27,268 bases of DNA from a bacterium. GTDB taxonomy: Bacteria; Sysuimicrobiota; Sysuimicrobiia; Sysuimicrobiales; Humicultoraceae. The stretch lies in the NCBI GenBank assembly GCA_041497675.1, contig JBGQGY010000037.1, forward strand, positions 1-27,268, read 5' to 3'. The position numbers and the translations under genes were made by a program. Of the stretch, positions 25,035-27,268 are shown piece after piece (the stretch's first letter is position 1; every line of letters starts with the position of its first letter). Below the pieces are notes generated by a model. It did not search any database and was not told where the DNA came from. It saw nothing but the letters and a program-made list of their open reading frames with translations.

Positions 25035-26414
25035 ATGGACCGTGCGCAGTTGGACCGATGGCTGGATACGTACGCGGCACAGCGGCCAAAGAGTCGCGCC
25101 CTCTATGCTGAGATGCGGGAGCGCGTCGCCGGCGGTGTCGGGCATGATCTCCGGTTCAGCCCGATAACACCGATCTACATCGAGCGCGCCGCGGGCGCCC
25201 GCAAGTGGGATATCGACGGCAACGAATACCTGGACTTCGGGATGGGCAACGCGGCACTGCTGCTTGGGCACGCCCACCCGGCAGTCCTCGATGCCGTGCG
25301 CGAGGCCGTGGATCGCGGCCTACACTTCGGCAACGATCACCCCCGCATGCTGGAACTGGCGCAACGGATTCACCACCTGATCCCGTCCGCCGAGCGGATT
25401 CGCTTCGTCGGCTCCGGCACAGAAGGGTCGATGCTCGCGCTCCGCCTGGCCCGCGCGTTCACGCGGCGGACGAAAGTCCTGCGCTTCGAAGGACACTTCA
25501 GCGGCTGGCACGACTACGTGGGAAAGGGCGCCGCGCCGCCGTTCGACACGGCGGTGTCACTTGGAATTCCACAGGCGACGCTGGAGACGATCCTGGTCAT
25601 CCCCGCCGATCTGGAGATCGCCGAAGATGTCCTGCGTCGAGATCGCGATATCGCCGCGATCATGCTCGAGCCGTCGGGGGCGTCGTGGGGCACGGTGCCG
25701 CTGACGATCGCGTTCAACCGGCAGTTGCGCGACCTGGCGACCCGGTACGAGGTGCCCTTGATTTACGACGAGGTGATCACAGGCTTCCGCTACAGCCCCG
25801 GCGGCTACCAGCGTCTGGCCGGGGTCACGCCCGACCTGACCGTGCTCGGCAAGATCATGACCGGCGGGCTCCCCGGCGGCGCGGTGGTTGGACGCGCGGA
25901 CCTGATGGATCAGTTCACGCACACGGGGGAGGCCCGCCACGATCGATTCAGCCGTGTCGCGCATCAGGGGACGCACAACGCCAATCCGTTGTCGACGGTC
26001 GCCGGCATTGCCACGCTGCGGCTGGCCGAAGACGGAAGCGTGCAGGCCCGCGCCGACCGGATGGCCGGTCAACTCCGGCAAGGCATGGACAGCATCCTCG
26101 ATGAATTGGGCGCGGCGGGGTTTGTGTACGGCGATTCGTCCGTGTTTCACGTCTACTTGGAAGCGCACCCCGGGACCGGCGCAAAGCATCGGGACGCCGT
26201 CAAGACCACCGACCCGGCCAGACTGAAGGGGATGCCCGGCCGTCTGGTCACCGCCTTTCAAAAGAATCTACAGATCCGGGGGATCGATATTCTATCGTAC
26301 GCCGGCGGGGTGACCTCTTTAGCCCACACCGAGGGTGATGTTCAACAGGCGCTGGGAGCCTTTCGCGAGACGATGCAGGCGCTGATCGACGAGAAGATCG
26401 TGGCCCGGGTCTAG
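25035..26414 (+). CDS. Class III PLP aminotransferase, glutamate-1-semialdehyde aminomutase-like
   Basis: WDIDGNEYLDF, LLGHAHP, SGTEG, FEGHFSGWHD, IMLEP, YDEVITGFR, PDLTVLGKIMTGGLP (PLP Lys) and GTHNANP. Confidence 0.88.
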   Translation: MDRAQLDRWLDTYAAQRPKSRALYAEMRERVAGGVGHDLRFSPITPIYIERAAGARKWDIDGNEYLDFGMGNAALLLGHAHPAVLDAVREAVDRGLHFGNDHPRMLELAQRIHHLIPSAERIRFVGSGTEGSMLALRLARAFTRRTKVLRFEGHFSGWHDYVGKGAAPPFDTAVSLGIPQATLETILVIPADLEIAEDVLRRDRDIAAIMLEPSGASWGTVPLTIAFNRQLRDLATRYEVPLIYDEVITGFRYSPGGYQRLAGVTPDLTVLGKIMTGGLPGGAVVGRADLMDQFTHTGEARHDRFSRVAHQGTHNANPLSTVAGIATLRLAEDGSVQARADRMAGQLRQGMDSILDELGAAGFVYGDSSVFHVYLEAHPGTGAKHRDAVKTTDPARLKGMPGRLVTAFQKNLQIRGIDILSYAGGVTSLAHTEGDVQQALGAFRETMQALIDEKIVARV

Positions 26415-26420
26415 ATCGGA

Positions 26421-26825
26421 CTAGATGAGGAGATCCGCGCCGGTCAACCCAAGGTGAAAATCCGTAGACCAACACACGCGGATCCTGCGCGCCTTCATCA
26501 CATGCAGACCGACAGCATCCACGACAGTGAGATCCTGGTCGGAGAACTTCCGGAGGAACGCCGTCGCGCTTGCCACGTCCTTGGGACCAACCGCCGCCAC
26601 GTGGAGCGGATGCATGTCCTCAATCATGGCGAGGAATTGGAGGGCGCGGGTGCGATCGTAACGGCGAAGAAACCAGGCATGCCCCTCGCTAATGACCAGG
26701 CTGCTCGTTAGGAGCTTCGGTGGTGTTGCAAAGAGCCTCGTAAAGAAGGCGTGATACGTGTCGGAGCGATCTGCGAACGCGATCAGAGCTGAGGTATCGA
26801 CGTAAGCGTCAAGGCTTTTGGCCAT
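26421..26825 (-). CDS. vapC: VapC-type PIN-domain toxin
   Basis: 134 aa; YVDTSALIA, conserved Glu in VISE, LTVVDA and WSTDFH form the PIN acidic set. It overlaps the antitoxin gene by 17 nt. Confidence 0.88.
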   Translation of the reverse strand: MAKSLDAYVDTSALIAFADRSDTYHAFFTRLFATPPKLLTSSLVISEGHAWFLRRYDRTRALQFLAMIEDMHPLHVAAVGPKDVASATAFLRKFSDQDLTVVDAVGLHVMKARRIRVCWSTDFHLGLTGADLLI

Positions 26826-27033
26826 ACACTATTTCATCGATGCGCTGGCTTGACCTCGGGTCGCCGGACTCTACCATGCCAGCGTAACGCATCCAGGGCT
26901 TCGACTGGTCGATGGGTAGCATCGTCCGCAGCGAACGGCGGAGAAGCTCGGCAAGCGAGATGCCGAGCCTCGATGCCTCGTGTTTGGCCGCTGCGTACTC
27001 CTCTGGTGACAGGCTGATCTGGGTGCGGATCAT
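26809..27033 (-). CDS. vapB: Ribbon-helix-helix (CopG-like) antitoxin
   Basis: 74 aa; MIRTQISL beta-ribbon, GISLAELLRRSL helix and a C-terminal G..S..IDEIVYG typical of VapB antitoxins. It lies directly upstream of the PIN gene. Confidence 0.85.
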   Translation of the reverse strand: MIRTQISLSPEEYAAAKHEASRLGISLAELLRRSLRTMLPIDQSKPWMRYAGMVESGDPRSSQRIDEIVYGQKP

Positions 27034-27068
27034 GATAACATTCTACTAGAGAACGTTATCATTGGCAA
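27032..27068 (-). promoter_or_regulatory. Sigma70-type leaderless promoter and palindromic operator of vapBC
   Basis: The minus strand reads TTGCCA (27068-27063), 17 nt, TAGAAT (27045-27040), 6 nt, ATG. The inverted repeat ATGATAACATTCT (27032-27044) / AGAACGTTATCAT (27050-27062) matches at 12 of 13 positions. Confidence 0.82.
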
Positions 27069-27084
27069 GACTGGTCGCCTGTCG

Positions 27085-27267
27085 CTAGGGGATCGCTGCA
27101 TAGACATTCCGAAACATGTCGCGCTCGTCGGGCTCGGGCGCGGCGACTACCGTGTCGACGACGCCGGCCATCACGGTCTCCCACCGGTCTCGTAGCGACG
27201 CGATCAGTTGATCGGGCGCCTCGGGCTGGATGGCCGCGGCCAGGAGCTTGAGGGGGTCACGGGCCTG
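27085..27267 (-). CDS. C-terminus of a TPP-dependent dehydrogenase E1 alpha subunit (PdhA/AcoA-like), 5'-truncated
   Basis: Not in the ORF track. My translation is QARDPLKLLAAAIQPEAPDQLIASLRDRWETVMAGVVDTVVAAPEPDERDMFRNVYAAIP*, which fits the RDP...AP.P......VYA end of E1-alpha subunits. Confidence 0.7.
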   Translation of the reverse strand, partial: QARDPLKLLAAAIQPEAPDQLIASLRDRWETVMAGVVDTVVAAPEPDERDMFRNVYAAIP

Positions 27268-27268
27268 C

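Noticed and set aside
25035..26414. Calling this gene hemL
   Set aside because: HemL-specific residues are changed and no tetrapyrrole genes are nearby.
1..27268. CRISPR array, tRNA/rRNA, riboswitch, integrase or transposase
   Set aside because: All intergenic gaps are under about 100 bp and show no such pattern, and no ORF has recombinase motifs. A covariance-model search was not possible.

Overview
GC-rich window from a diderm bacterium (it encodes a TolC-family protein), almost fully coding, with 26 supportable genes of which two are truncated at the edges. The left end is an envelope block: the 3' end of a Gly/Ala/Pro-rich hypothetical protein, a TolC-family protein and a CtpA/S41 protease. 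From 3178 to 26414 lies a roughly 23-kb putative catabolic island. It holds fdrA and ylbE (DUF1116), three family-5 (Dpp/Opp-type) binding protein plus permease modules with no ATPase gene, a Rid-family deaminase, two SDRs and a divergent IlvC-like protein. It also holds a D-2-hydroxyacid dehydrogenase lacking the catalytic Glu, two paralogous ceramidase-N-like metallo-amidohydrolases, a mandelate-racemase-family dehydratase and a HemL-like class III aminotransferase. No regulator gene is visible. At the right end, a vapBC module with a clear leaderless promoter and palindromic operator sits between the aminotransferase and the 3' end of a TPP-dependent E1-alpha gene. I saw no rRNA, tRNA, CRISPR array or transposase. 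All functional calls come from motif recognition by eye, and the island's substrate is unknown.
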